A stretch of DNA of 64,000 bases from Antedon mediterranea (Eukaryota > Animalia > Echinodermata), in NCBI RefSeq assembly GCF_964355755.1, contig NC_092670.1, positions 23,608,795 to 23,672,794 on the forward strand, given 5' to 3'. A program made the position numbers and the translations under genes. Within the stretch, counting starts at the first letter, position 1, and every line of letters begins with the position of its first letter. Below, piece after piece: positions 52,186 through 64,000 of the stretch. Below the pieces are notes generated by a model. It was not told the origin of the DNA, ran no database searches, and saw only the letters and a program-made list of their open reading frames with translations.

Positions 52186-55176
52186 TTAAAAATAAAGATA
52201 ACTGGTGACAAACATATCATGAATTTTATGTTTGAACATACCAATACTGGTTGACATTTTAATGTCATTGGGTAGTGAGTTCCACACATTAGTGCCTCTG
52301 TATGTGACACTTTGTTGGCCCAATAGGGTCCTTTTGAAAGCAGTGCTTAAATTGTCTTTAGCCCTGGTCTCATAATTATGTTTGGAATTGTTTGTAGCAA
52401 AGAAAGAGTCAAAAGTAATAGGCAACTTCTTATGATGAAACTTAAACATGAATATCGCAACACTTTTTTGGTACAGCTCAGATAATTTTAATGTTTTTGT
52501 GCGGGCAAAGAGTGGTAGAGAAGGATGATGAAAAGGAACGTTGCAAACATTTCTAAGTGCTTTCTTTTGTAAAATATAAAGACGATTTAAAATAGTTTGA
52601 TTAGTAGATCCCCATAGTGTTATGGCATATGTTAGGTTAGGTAATATGAGAGAGTTGTATATTTTTAATAGGATTTCGTATGGGAGTACGCATTTTATTT
52701 TATTCATGGTGCCTATAGCTGTTGAAACTTTCTTTGCGATTGAATTTATATGATATGCAAATGATAATTTCTCATCTAGATGAACACCAAGAAACTTTGT
52801 TTGATTTACTCGTTCTATAATATCAGTATTAATTAGCAAAGTTAGATTTGACGTGTCAATTTTTACATTTCTACTAGTAAATACAATATAATTCGTTTTT
52901 TTGGTGTTCACAGTTAATCTATTTGCAATAAACCAGTTAGAAAGACATGCCATTTCATAGTTTAAAATATCGAATGCTCTTGTAATATCATTGTGTTGCA
53001 GGAACACATTAGTGTCATCTGCATACATAATAACGTTTGTGTTTCTACAGGCAAATGGCATATCATTTATAAAAATCAGGAATAGTAAGGGTCCAAGAAT
53101 GGACCCCTGTGGAACACCGTACTTAATGTATTTGGTTTCTGATTTTTTACCTTCTACGTTTACAAATTGTTTTCTAGTTGATAAGTAACTCTTAAACCAA
53201 TCTAAAACGACACCTCTGATACCGTAATGTCTCATCTTCTGTAATAAAATGTGATGATCCATTGAATCGAACGCTTTTGATAAATCTAAAAATATTCCTA
53301 TCATAAAGCATTTTTGTTCGATTGCAGAGGTAATTTTTTCAAATGTATCTAATAATGCGTGAATAGTAGAATGTTGTTGTCGGAAACCATATTGTGATTT
53401 ATTAAGTACATTGTTCTTATTTAGGAATGAAATAGTTTGATTGCTAACAACCCGTTCATAAACCTTCGAAAGACATGGCAGTATAGATATGGGACGGTAA
53501 TTGTTAATTTCTGATTTGTCTCCGTTCTTGAAGATAGGTATTGTTTTTGCAATTTTAAGTTCGTCCGGAAAACAACCGGTGGCGAGTGATATGTTGATCA
53601 AATGAGTAATCGGTCGTTTAAGATAGTTTGAGTATGGTTTTAGATATAGTGCTCCAATGTCATCGTGCCCAGGTGTTTTATTAGTTTCCAAATTTTCGAG
53701 GAGAGTTTTAATTTCATCCTCAGTAACAGGTCTTAGAAACATAGAATTAACATAGTTTCCTGTTAAATACGAAGATGATTCTGTTATTTGTGGTTCTTGT
53801 GAGATTCGTTTTGCCAACGTTTCTCCAATGCTTGTGAAATAAGTATTAAACGCATTTGCTTTTTCTGAGGGGGTGTTAAATTGCTTAAAGTCATGATTTA
53901 TTGTTGGTGGTAGTTGTCGTGTTTTTGTCCTTCCCATTATAGTGTTAATCGTTTTCCATGTCTTTTTGGTATTACTTTTATTATTTTCAAATTGAGTAAA
54001 GTAGTATTCTTCTTTTCGTTTCTTAATAAGTGCTGTAAGTTTGTTTCTGTATTTAGTATATTTCAGTTTATTTGAGGGAGTGGGATTTTTTCTGTATGAA
54101 CTATACAACCTGCCCTTAGTTGTTATTGACTTTGCTATGGCCTCGGTGATCCATGGAGATCGATCTTTATTTGCTTTTGCCTTAATTTTTTTCAAAGGAA
54201 AGTTTTTATCAATTAAATGTTTGAAGTTGTGAGCAAATGTTGAATATGCAATGTTTGCATCTTCTGTTCTTAGGACAGGTTGCCAGTTTTCAATTGCCAA
54301 GTCTTCCTTAAAGGATTCGACTTGCTGGTGGAAATAAGTGCGTTTTAAAATAAATGACTGTTTTGTATTTTTTTTACGATTCTCAGATTTTGTGATTGCA
54401 AATATAGGATAATGATCTGATATATCTGTGTAAATAATTCCAGTATTGATATTGTGATTATTTGTAGAATTACTATATATATTATCAATAATAGAAGATG
54501 TATTTTCTGTTACACGAGTCGGTTTATTAATCAGGGGCAAGAAAGAATTGGAAACAGTGGCGTCCACATGACATTGAACATTACAGTTTGAATGGTATAG
54601 GTTAAGGTCGAGATTAAAGTCGCCCATAAGGTATGAGTGCGTCTTTTCTTTGGTAATTATATTCATAACTTCTGTAAATTGATTATTAAATATACTGATT
54701 TTAGATTCAGGTGGTCTATAAATGACCCCAGCTGAAATATATTTCCCGTCAATTATTATATCTATGAATAAGGATTCAGCTTCAGTAATTAATTTAGATA
54801 AATCATCTCGTGGTTTGTAACACAAATTGTCAGAAATGTATAGAGCTACGCCTCCGCCCCGTCTACCCGTACGATTACGATTTACAAGCACATAGTTCGG
54901 CAAGTTAAAAAATGAAACTTCATCATTATCGCTCAACCATGTCTCTTGAAGGGCAATGACAGAGAACTTATAATTAAGTGAGTCAATAAATTGTGAGAAC
55001 TGGTCAAACTTGTTGACGATACTACGACAGTTAAGTGACAGAAAAGAAACATCATCTGATATGTTTGAAATTTGTCTAAATTCTTCAACATGGTAGTATT
55101 TAGATTCATTATACTTAAGATAGGGATTGAGATCTTCATCATCATCATCAGTAGTATTGCTTAAAAAAGGTAACAT
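52186..55176 (-). CDS. LINE ORF2: apurinic endonuclease plus reverse transcriptase (996 aa)
   Basis: APE motifs SLNCRS, LQETWL, GDFN and SDH; RT motifs NYRPIS, QYGFR, FLDLSKAFD, GVPQGSILGPLLF, YADDT and KFLGV. The ORF is uninterrupted. Confidence 0.96.
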   Translation of the reverse strand: MLPFLSNTTDDDDEDLNPYLKYNESKYYHVEEFRQISNISDDVSFLSLNCRSIVNKFDQFSQFIDSLNYKFSVIALQETWLSDNDEVSFFNLPNYVLVNRNRTGRRGGGVALYISDNLCYKPRDDLSKLITEAESLFIDIIIDGKYISAGVIYRPPESKISIFNNQFTEVMNIITKEKTHSYLMGDFNLDLNLYHSNCNVQCHVDATVSNSFLPLINKPTRVTENTSSIIDNIYSNSTNNHNINTGIIYTDISDHYPIFAITKSENRKKNTKQSFILKRTYFHQQVESFKEDLAIENWQPVLRTEDANIAYSTFAHNFKHLIDKNFPLKKIKAKANKDRSPWITEAIAKSITTKGRLYSSYRKNPTPSNKLKYTKYRNKLTALIKKRKEEYYFTQFENNKSNTKKTWKTINTIMGRTKTRQLPPTINHDFKQFNTPSEKANAFNTYFTSIGETLAKRISQEPQITESSSYLTGNYVNSMFLRPVTEDEIKTLLENLETNKTPGHDDIGALYLKPYSNYLKRPITHLINISLATGCFPDELKIAKTIPIFKNGDKSEINNYRPISILPCLSKVYERVVSNQTISFLNKNNVLNKSQYGFRQQHSTIHALLDTFEKITSAIEQKCFMIGIFLDLSKAFDSMDHHILLQKMRHYGIRGVVLDWFKSYLSTRKQFVNVEGKKSETKYIKYGVPQGSILGPLLFLIFINDMPFACRNTNVIMYADDTNVFLQHNDITRAFDILNYEMACLSNWFIANRLTVNTKKTNYIVFTSRNVKIDTSNLTLLINTDIIERVNQTKFLGVHLDEKLSFAYHINSIAKKVSTAIGTMNKIKCVLPYEILLKIYNSLILPNLTYAITLWGSTNQTILNRLYILQKKALRNVCNVPFHHPSLPLFARTKTLKLSELYQKSVAIFMFKFHHKKLPITFDSFFATNNSKHNYETRAKDNLSTAFKRTLLGQQSVTYRGTNVWNSLPNDIKMSTSIGMFKHKIHDMFVTSYLYF

Positions 55177-55861
55177 TAATAAAAAGAAAAATAAAAAAAA
55201 AAAAAAAAAAAAAAAAATAAATAAATAAATATATATATATAGTTTAAAAAAAAATAAATAAATAAAATAAATAAGTTTAATTAAAAAATATTACTATATA
55301 CTGTAACAGATGTTTATACAGTAGAGTAATAAGATAACTATCTAGGCCTATCTAGTGTATCCGTCATGTTTACGTCAATGAGAAACTCAAAGACATAACA
55401 TAAATAATAATACACAGTACGTCGGTACATTATATAGTTATAATACAGATGTATTATATAAAATATAAAAAAAGAAAAAGAAGCAGCAATATAAACATAC
55501 CGGTACTATTTCAGCCATTTTCTAGATAGTACGTACAATTAACTAGACAATCACATGTTCGTTATAGACTGGAACATCCTCTCACCTGTATCCCAATGTG
55601 TCTTGGATTAGGTTACTTTAGTAATTGATTAGCTGGTTTGTTTACATACAGTGGTAGTATGGCAGCAATATGTGTTTGACATGGGACATTCTCTCATCTG
55701 TATGCAAATGATTGTTACTTAATTGTGGCGTAATAGTAGGTGAGAACAATAACACGTTTGACAGGAGACACCCTTTCATATGCAAATGTAATTGATTGTT
55801 TACATACATCGTAGTTTTTACGAAGACTTTGTTGACAAAAAACAAAAGTCGTATGAACGGC

Positions 55862-56665
55862 TTATGAGTGGAGTTTTCCGTTAATATAGAGGTTCCCGTT
55901 TCTAAACACTGGTCGTTTCCTTTCTCCGTATGCTTTTGCCATTATTTCTCTGAGATTACGTTTCTTTTTAAGGTCAGTTTCTGGTAAGTCCTCTAGTACG
56001 AAGATCCCCTTATTTTTCAACACATGACCTGTTTTGGCTTGCATCAGTACTTGGTAGCGTTGCGGTCGAAACAGGAATTTAGCGATAATATGTCTAGGTG
56101 CTCCGGTCGGTGAAGTACGGGGTTTGCCTGTACGGTGGGCATTTTCGACTGTAATGTTCGGTAGTTTCAGATCGTTCTTTATAATTTCATTAATTTTCTC
56201 AATTGGAATTTCATCTATACTTTCTTTAATTCCACCGAATCTCAAATTAAAACTTCTAGTGTATCTCTCAAGTTTAAGGATTTGATTTTGAAGTAATGTG
56301 ACGTTGTTCCGGTCGGCGTCCATTGATGTCTTAACCGCTTCAATGTCCGTACAAAATGATACGATTTTCTTCTCTATCTCTACGATTGAATCACTGGTAA
56401 ATGCGATCGATTTTTCTAGTTCCGTTTGTTTATGTTCGATCTTGTCAATTCGTTTAAGTAAGGCCTCTTGATTTAAAATGATCGAGTTTAGCTTACCCTT
56501 GATGATGGTTTGAAATGTTCGAAGTTCCCGCCTCAGCATACCCACTTCTGTTGCTTCGGTTCCGTCAGGGTCCCCGCATTCAGAGTCAAGAGTTGATGAT
56601 TCTGGGGCTAGTAGAACTCGATCTTTTTCTTTATCTTTTTTGTTATTTCTTCTTTCTCGGCTCAT
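55862..56665 (-). CDS. LINE ORF1 (coiled coil plus L1-ORF1-like RRM/CTD), 267 aa
   Basis: A heptad-rich region is followed by LERYTRSFNLRFGGIKE, VENAHRTGK, PRHIIAKF and GIFVLEDL, which are typical of L1-type ORF1. It lies upstream of ORF2 on the same strand. Confidence 0.88.
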   Translation of the reverse strand: MSRERRNNKKDKEKDRVLLAPESSTLDSECGDPDGTEATEVGMLRRELRTFQTIIKGKLNSIILNQEALLKRIDKIEHKQTELEKSIAFTSDSIVEIEKKIVSFCTDIEAVKTSMDADRNNVTLLQNQILKLERYTRSFNLRFGGIKESIDEIPIEKINEIIKNDLKLPNITVENAHRTGKPRTSPTGAPRHIIAKFLFRPQRYQVLMQAKTGHVLKNKGIFVLEDLPETDLKKKRNLREIMAKAYGERKRPVFRNGNLYINGKLHS

Positions 56666-59600
56666 GTTGACGTGCAGTTGTATTCACCGTTTATATATAT
56701 ATATTCAAATGTGAGTTGGTTTTTTAATAGATGGCTGTATTTTAAGTATCATTATTGACGGATCAGATAGCCGATGTGTGTGTCTGTTACGAGCTCATCA
56801 TCATTTTCCCATCATTGAGTAGTAGGCCTAATACACAAAAACAACCATCATGGGCTACTGTACCTTTAGAGGGTAATGAAAGTTCTTTATTGCATTTTAC
56901 AGAAAGTCGAAATACCCTTTGGCAACCGAGTCGTTAATCTTACCTTGTCTTTCTGGGCCTGGGACTTACGTTAGGGGCTTTCAAACTCCCTTGAGCAAAA
57001 CCCATTCATAGCTACATGAAATTAGATCATAATGATATGTCAGTATATGCTAACCGCAGACCCATGTTGCATAAATGATTTACAGCCGGCAGCAATTGGC
57101 AACACAGCTTATTTTGAAAAATTAAGCCTCAAAATAACGCTTTATGATGATTTATTGCAGAATGATTCACCATGATAGCATAGCTTGTTAATTTCACGCC
57201 ATTTTCTAAACTATCATTAGTGTTAGACCTTAAATAGGTGTTTGGAATCTAAAAATACCTAGTTCATTCTCGTAAATTTAAGTTGTTTGCTACTCCTGTG
57301 CCGTGACATCAAATTTCAGACCAAATACGACTCAAAGCGATGCAATGATGAGAGACATTCACTATTTTGCATTACTTGTCGATAAAAAATTTATTTTAAA
57401 AATCGAGTTATTCTATTATAGCTATTATAAAACATTACTGTCCACATTACTGTCCACATTACTGTCCACATTATTGTCCCCATAAAACTGGTTCATCGAT
57501 GACAAATTAGCTAATGTATCTATAACTTTCATTATGCCTGTACAATTAAGTCACAAAGTTATTTAGGCAGTAGCAGCACCTACAAACGGCATTCAACCCT
57601 CCCCAACCTAGATTCGTCACTGTTGAGAGCAGCGTGTTATACGGTGATTGATAAAACAAGTAACATCCACAGATAACCAAAAACGCTGCCATCTTGTTGT
57701 CAAAGAACATTAAATGAAATTCTAATGTAATTGAACATTACACACAGTACCTTAACGACAGCCAGTTTGCTTGACACTTAGGACCCCAAATCATTCTGTC
57801 ACTCTTCAGAAAACTTACAGACTACGATCCAAGTGATTCTTTGACCGAAAACTATGAGACTGCAAAATTGAAAACAATCAATCAATCAAAACGTTATTAT
57901 TTAATTTAATGATGATAACGTTTATTCATGTTTTTTCAAAGGGAACCATAATACAGTTATTAACAATAGGCCCTACACACATATGCTTATATCAGGGAAG
58001 AGTTAATTTAATTTAACTCTTCCCTGGTTCATATTGTATTGTCTGTATTGTATTCTACAGATCTATGAGTGCATTTACCTATACATTAACAAGCAAAGAA
58101 AAAAAACCTTCACGTTTTGATACGAGATTCACAAATTATAGTAGGTTGGCACCGTTGGCGTCCCATAGTTTACAACAATATTTTTCGCTTATTATCGAGG
58201 GAGTCACTACTATAAAAATAACTTTACTGAAAGGACTTCCCTAGTTAGCTAGTGTGCATCTGAAACATTATCAATGTAATCGCTCGATGACATTAGTTCC
58301 CTATGGCAATGTTGAATTTTAAATTACATTAATCATGTCAACACCAACGTCTTACGAAAGTGTTTTGCGTGGGAGGGCGGAAATAATCAAGAGTATCATC
58401 AGGAACCGTCCCTCGTGCGATGAAATGTTATCTTTTAAATAGTATTGGACAGTTGTACGAAAGGAGCGTACTACTACCAAAATGTAACTGATTTATTAGG
58501 ATGTATATTCACACGTACTGAGAAGTAAGTCTGGCGTATCGTCCGCCTTTTCTTGTGAACTAGACAGTGGCGTCATCGGCGTACGACAGCTACATTCCTC
58601 ATCTTTAATGTATTTTGCGACTTGAATTTGCACAGATAACTTATGAGTTAGAATTGTTTAAATTGAAACATTATTCTCACCAACTTTATGCGCCTTATGT
58701 GTGTTTCAAGTTCGGTTTTTACCCAAAATCTGGAGTGCACATGCGCGCCTGCACATAGCTTCTTGATGACGTGCATTGCATTGGCGATGATTGCTTTCAG
58801 TGTATAACAGGTCGGTGAACAGGTGCATAATGAAAGAAGAAGAATGCCACATTTGTTTTGCATCACAAAGTTTTAAGTCACGTAAGCCTACTTGTCCTGG
58901 TTTTGATATATTCAAGTTTCCATAGTAACATTGAACACGAAAAATATCTTGATTTTGAATTTATGTTGTACTTTTTGTACAACACTGATTTACTTATGTT
59001 TTTGAAATCTGTATTATATCTTTCTGTACGTCTTTGTTATTATCTTGTTTGCGCTCCTTAAAAAATAATCGTAGATACAATTTTAAAATATACAGTTGAT
59101 TAAAAAAACTTGAATTGTTATTGAGGTTCTTACTGTTTATTGAGCCGCAGAGTATGTCTGCTTGTGTAAAAGACGCGTCAAATTCTGTTTTAATCCTCAT
59201 GTTATACTGAAATGTTTCTCTCCAATATAGGCCTTATATCCAGAAAAAAATCCCATTAAAACAATTGTATTAAATAAAATTCAAAAGACCAAAGTCTGAG
59301 TCTTAAACCATCTACAAATCACATTCATTTAATCGAAACTCAATCAACCTTTTAACTTTTATACTGCACTGAATTACAAATGCTATGTCTATTTATAGAT
59401 ATGGTAATTATATAGGCCTACCTTAAATATTTAATGCACCCTATTTTGATAAAGCTAATACTTTCATCTAAGTAAGTTTCCTGGTGTGACGTCATATTAT
59501 TATTATTTTACTATTACTATGTAAAAAAAAAATAGAACATAGTTATCACGAAGTTCTCAAGAAGAAAACGACGATTATTATTGAATTTACATAATAGCGT

Positions 59601-60039
59601 GCGGACAACTTAATAACAGGAAACACGAAGATAAAGACATAACTGTTGCGTTTTGAAACCAATATACGAAGATTATTATTTTCGTATGCCAGTATCTGGT
59701 TGTAAATTACATTTTTCCGTTATGGTATCCGTGTCGATGCCCTCTGTTTTTTTTAATTGTTCTTCTGATCATATTTTGTTGTTTCTCCCCGAGGTGTCAC
59801 ACGCAACATCTTCAAGTCACGCAACTATTAATCCAGTGTTTTGTCTAATTGTTTTGTAAGCGCTTCAATTCAGTAGATTTATTGTTTCGTTTTTATATTC
59901 ATGACAAGTTTAGTTACACGCACTAAATGAAAACAAGAATGGAAAAATATTAACAACAGAACGAATAACAATGGTAACCAATACATCACTACTAATAGTT
60001 TTTTAAGCAAACATGCTTTAGGCATGGAACAATCTACAT

Positions 60040-61990
60040 AAAGATACAAAAGGGAAATATGGAAGCATAGGAAGGATACAGAAGAGGTAGAATAAAAAAA
60101 GGTAAACAAAGACGATATACCGTATAACAGCAAAAAAAGAAATTAAGAAGAATTAAGAACATAATGAACATTTGGCAAATGAAAAAAAAACGGGAAGAAT
60201 AAGAAGATAAAGAAAGACGGTATGAAAATGTGACAATAAAGTAGAAAGAAAATGAGGAAGAGTATGAATGGAAAGAAAAGGAAGAAAAAGAAAAACGATG
60301 CGGAAGAAGAGGAAAGCAAATGGAAAAGAGCAAAAATAAAGAAAGACAATATAAAAATGTTGCAACAGATTAGAAAGAAATTGAGGAAGAGTATGAATGG
60401 AAAGAAGAAAAAGAAAAAGAAAGACGATGCGGAAGAAGAAGAAGCAAATGGAAAAGAGCGAAAATAATAAGAAAATAAAGAAAGACGATATGAAAGTGTG
60501 GCCACAGAGGAGAAAGGAAATGAGGAAGAGTATGAATGGAAAGAAGAAGAAGATAAAGAAAAACGATGCGGAAGAAGAAGAAAGCAAATAGAAAAGAGCG
60601 AAAATAATAAGAAAATAAAGAAAGACGATATGAAAGTGTGGCAACAGAGGAGAAAGGAAATGAGGAAGAGTATGAATGGAAAGAAGAAGAAGATAAAGAA
60701 AAACGATGCGGAAGAAGAAGAAAGCAAATAGAAAAGAGCGAAAATAATAAGAAAATAAAGAAAGACGATATGAAAGTGTGGCAACAGAGGAGAAAGGAAA
60801 TGAGGAAGAGTATGAATGGAAAGAAGAAGAAGATAAAGAAAAACGATGCGGAAGAAGAAGAAGCAAATGGAAAAGAGCGTAAATAATAAGAAAATAAAGA
60901 AAAACGATATGAAAATATGGCAACAGAGGAGAAAGGAAATGAGGAAGAGTATGAATGGAAAGAAGAAGAAGATAAAGAAAAACGATGCGGAAGAAGAAGA
61001 AGCAAATGGAAAAGAGCGTAAATAATAAGAAAATAAAGAAAAACGATATGAAAGTGTGGCAACAGAGGAGAAAGGAACGAGGAAGAGTATGAATGGAAAG
61101 AAGAAGAAGATAAAGAAAAACGATGTGGCAGAAGAGGAAAGCAAATGGAAAAGAGCGAAAATAATAAGAAGATAAAGAAAGACGATATGAAAGTGTGGCA
61201 ACAGAGGAGAAAGGAAACGAGGAAGAGTATGAATGGAAAGAAGAAGAAGATACAGAAAAATGATGCGGAAGAAGAGGAAAGCAAATGGAAAAGAGCAAAA
61301 ATAATAAGAAGATAAAGAAAGACGATATGAAAGTGTGGCAACAGTAGAGAAAGGAAATGAGGAAGAGTATGAATGGAAAGAAGAAGAAGATAAAGAAAAA
61401 CGATGTGGCAGAAGAGGAAAGCAAATGGAAAAGAGCCTAAATAATAAGAAGATAAAGAAAGACGATATGAAAGTGTGGCAACAGCAGAGAAAGGAAATGA
61501 GGAAGAGTATTAATGGAAAGAAGAAGAAGATACAGAAAAATGATGTGGCAGAAGAGGAAAGCAAATGGAAAAGAGCGTAAATAATAAGAAGATAAAGAAA
61601 GACGATATGAAAGTGTGGCAACAGCAGAGAAAGGAAATGAGAAAGAGTATGAATGGAAAGAAGAAGAAGATAAAGAAAAATGATGTGGCAGAAGAGGAAA
61701 GCAAATGGAAAAGAGCGAAAATAATAAGAAGATACCGTAATGAACAAGGCCATATACATGGATGCAGTCACGTGCTCAAGTGTTTACCGACCAACCGACC
61801 GACATAGTGAGCTGTAGAGTCGCGTTGCGTGCGACTAAAAACGATATGGAAATATGGCAACAGATGAGAAAGGAAATGAGAAAGAGAATGAATGGAAAGA
61901 AGAGGAAAATAAATAAAGACAATATTTAGATTGGTACTGTAGCAAAGGAAAGGAAATAAGGAAGAATGGAAAGAATAAGAAGATAAAGAA
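60040..61990. repeat. ~140-bp purine-rich satellite array with degenerate edges
   Basis: The unit gaaagacgatatgaaagtgtggcaacagaggagaaaggaaatgaggaagagtatgaatggaaagaagaagaagataaagaaaaacgatg... is repeated roughly 11-13 times. Confidence 0.95.
61743..61841 (-). mobile_element. Miniature Helentron-associated (HINE-like) element inserted in the satellite edge
   Basis: The minus strand reads tttttagtcgcacgcaacgcgactcta, a (GTCG)n-like microsatellite, gcacgtgact and a 3' end ...gtatatggccttgtt. Confidence 0.6.
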
Positions 61991-64000
61991 AAAGACAGAC
62001 GATATATGGAAATATATTCAGGGGAAAAAAGAAAAATTGTAAGAATGAAATGCAGATCATCGATAGCCGAGAAGAGAACTTTAGATGATAATTTTTAAGA
62101 TATTGCTCTCAGTCTTGACTGTTAAAAACACTTTACTTATACAATACTAATATAACTATGTCGGATGACGGTAACTTGTTTTTAATAGAGTAGCTATCCG
62201 TGTGGTACCATGTTTTCCGTTTAGATTGACCAGACAACGGGTTGGTCCGATCAATGCATTCTAGAGCAGGTGTGTGAACAGATTGCTGAAACAAACAAGT
62301 AATAACCTACAGCATGCATAACATTACAGGCGGTTGCATAGAAAGAGAAATAAAACGTTCGAATCATTTATGTGTCTGTTTATCCATGACTGGACGATTT
62401 GTTGTCAATCTATGTCCCCATCTGCGTCCCTTCGTTACTTCAATGTACAAATCCAACCTGACGCATGATAAAATGAAATATTGAAGTTAAGACATTCACA
62501 GAGAAGTTGTTTAAAATGTATTGACGTTATGCCAAATATACTTCGAAAACGTTAGGTTTGAATCTCAAGAGATTGTATTTTTCTGGAAATGAATATTAAA
62601 TAATAGGTTGATATGACAAGATAAACAAGTACTGATTGAATTGCTTAGGAGGCCTATATTTTTGTTAGAAAGACTGTAGCCCAAGAAAAAAAAAAGAACA
62701 ATCGTTGTTATCTAAAAAAACGCTTCATTGTGTTTGTCAATGTAGCCAACATTTTCATAAACTAAGGAAATCATACGTATTGGTTAGTATTTGCAATTAA
62801 AATCTATTTTCATTGTTTTGTTTATACAAAAATCATAAATTTTACCGTACCTGGTCTGAAGAAGTCAAGATACAATAGGCTCGAAAAGAAAGAAAGTCCA
62901 CACTAGAAGCACTTTACTACAGAAATAGACTATGGTTTGTTTTAATTTTGATCATGTTTTTACTTTAAAGAAAAATAAAGAAATATAGGCCTATAAGATA
63001 GAAGATTTTAGTAATTTTATAAATATTTTGTTGAAATGTACATTTTTAAGCGCTGTCCAAGTAAAAAGTTTTAAGTCGTAGCTTGTAATCATCATCATAA
63101 AGGACATTTTATTATCTAAAGGTTAAGGCGAATCCCGTATTCATTTTTAACTTGCGTAATAAGCTGTTGGGAGCTCATTGTAGGTATTTTGTGGTAGGCA
63201 GGCAAGTTCCTTTCCAAGCCGCCTTATCCGTTTTTATTTACTCGGCTACCTTAACTCCTCATGCAGAATTTGATATTAGAGATCTAATAATTAAAATGGA
63301 ATCAAGTTAACTAAAGCTTTGTCTACACTATCAACTAGTTTGGAAAAAATTGTGATGTGCCAAAATATGCTAGTGATATGGCCAAATATGTTACATAAAT
63401 ACATAAAGTGTGGACAGAGCTTAACATTCATATTTTGTCCAATTACCCATTATCATCATCTATTTTCTCGATGATAACCAAGCATAATTTATCGTATTCT
63501 TAAGTCTTTATAATGCGTTTTATTAAAAATGGAAAGACCCAACATTTGCAATATATTAAACTATATTGAAAGTAGCAGCGATCACGTCTTATTGTACATC
63601 TTTAGCAGGGTATGTCCGGTTCTTTTTCCCAGGCTTCCCATAGCTGGAGCTGCTATTCATTTGCTAGTTGAAAACATGATTGAAAATGAATAACGTTAAA
63701 TGTGATATAGGCCAGCTGGTGTATAAAAAAACACGAACTGTTAAATCCACACATTTGTCGTGTAAACAATTAACCAATAGAAACGCATTGTTTAAATAAC
63801 CAATCACAGTGCTTGATGTATTGGCCAATAAGATTAAGGGATCTTCGCAACATAATAAAGACGGACCTGGATATTTTATGAAAAATGTACCTTTTTTACG
63901 TGGGTTATGTGTACAGCCATTGCACAACTTGTAAATAATAATATAATAATATAATTAATTACTATATATAATATAATTTTATGATTTACTGATCTACAAT

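Larger units (their letters stand above)
51880..56795 (-). mobile_element. Apparently full-length two-ORF LINE of the CR1/L2 group (Crack-like)
   Basis: 5'UTR, ORF1, ~685-bp spacer, ORF2 and a 3'UTR with AATAAA near 51900 on the minus strand. Boundaries are approximate and no clear TSD was found. Confidence 0.85.

Noticed and set aside
60034-61807. Long ORFs (542, 423 and 323 aa F/L/S-rich; K/E-rich on the + strand)
   Set aside because: They are by-products of the pyrimidine-rich strand of the 140-bp satellite. They are open in several frames, the unit length (139-140 bp) shifts frame, and there is no domain signal.

Overview
This is eukaryotic, AT-rich, intron-rich animal genomic DNA; a marine deuterostome invertebrate such as an echinoderm is my inference. 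The first ~35 kb holds four spliced genes, which I assembled by hand from splice sites and reading phase. They are the 3' part of TONSL (+), ATP5MF (+), TEPSIN (-) and an uncharacterised ~281-aa gene (+) set head-to-head with TEPSIN. ATP5MF hosts three paralogous H/ACA-like snoRNAs, one of them in a 3'UTR intron. TEPSIN contains a U12-type intron. The C-terminus of the uncharacterised protein resembles both the non-ASCH part of plant ASCH-domain proteins and a bacterial polymorphic-toxin C-terminal domain, and its last exon follows a 12.1-kb intron. From ~36 kb to 64 kb the window is gene-poor. It contains non-autonomous DNA transposons, a Helentron-type element carrying two degenerate tRNA-Val(AAC) copies, an apparently intact two-ORF CR1/L2-group LINE and a ~140-bp purine-rich satellite. 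Family assignments come from motif recognition only; no searches were run.
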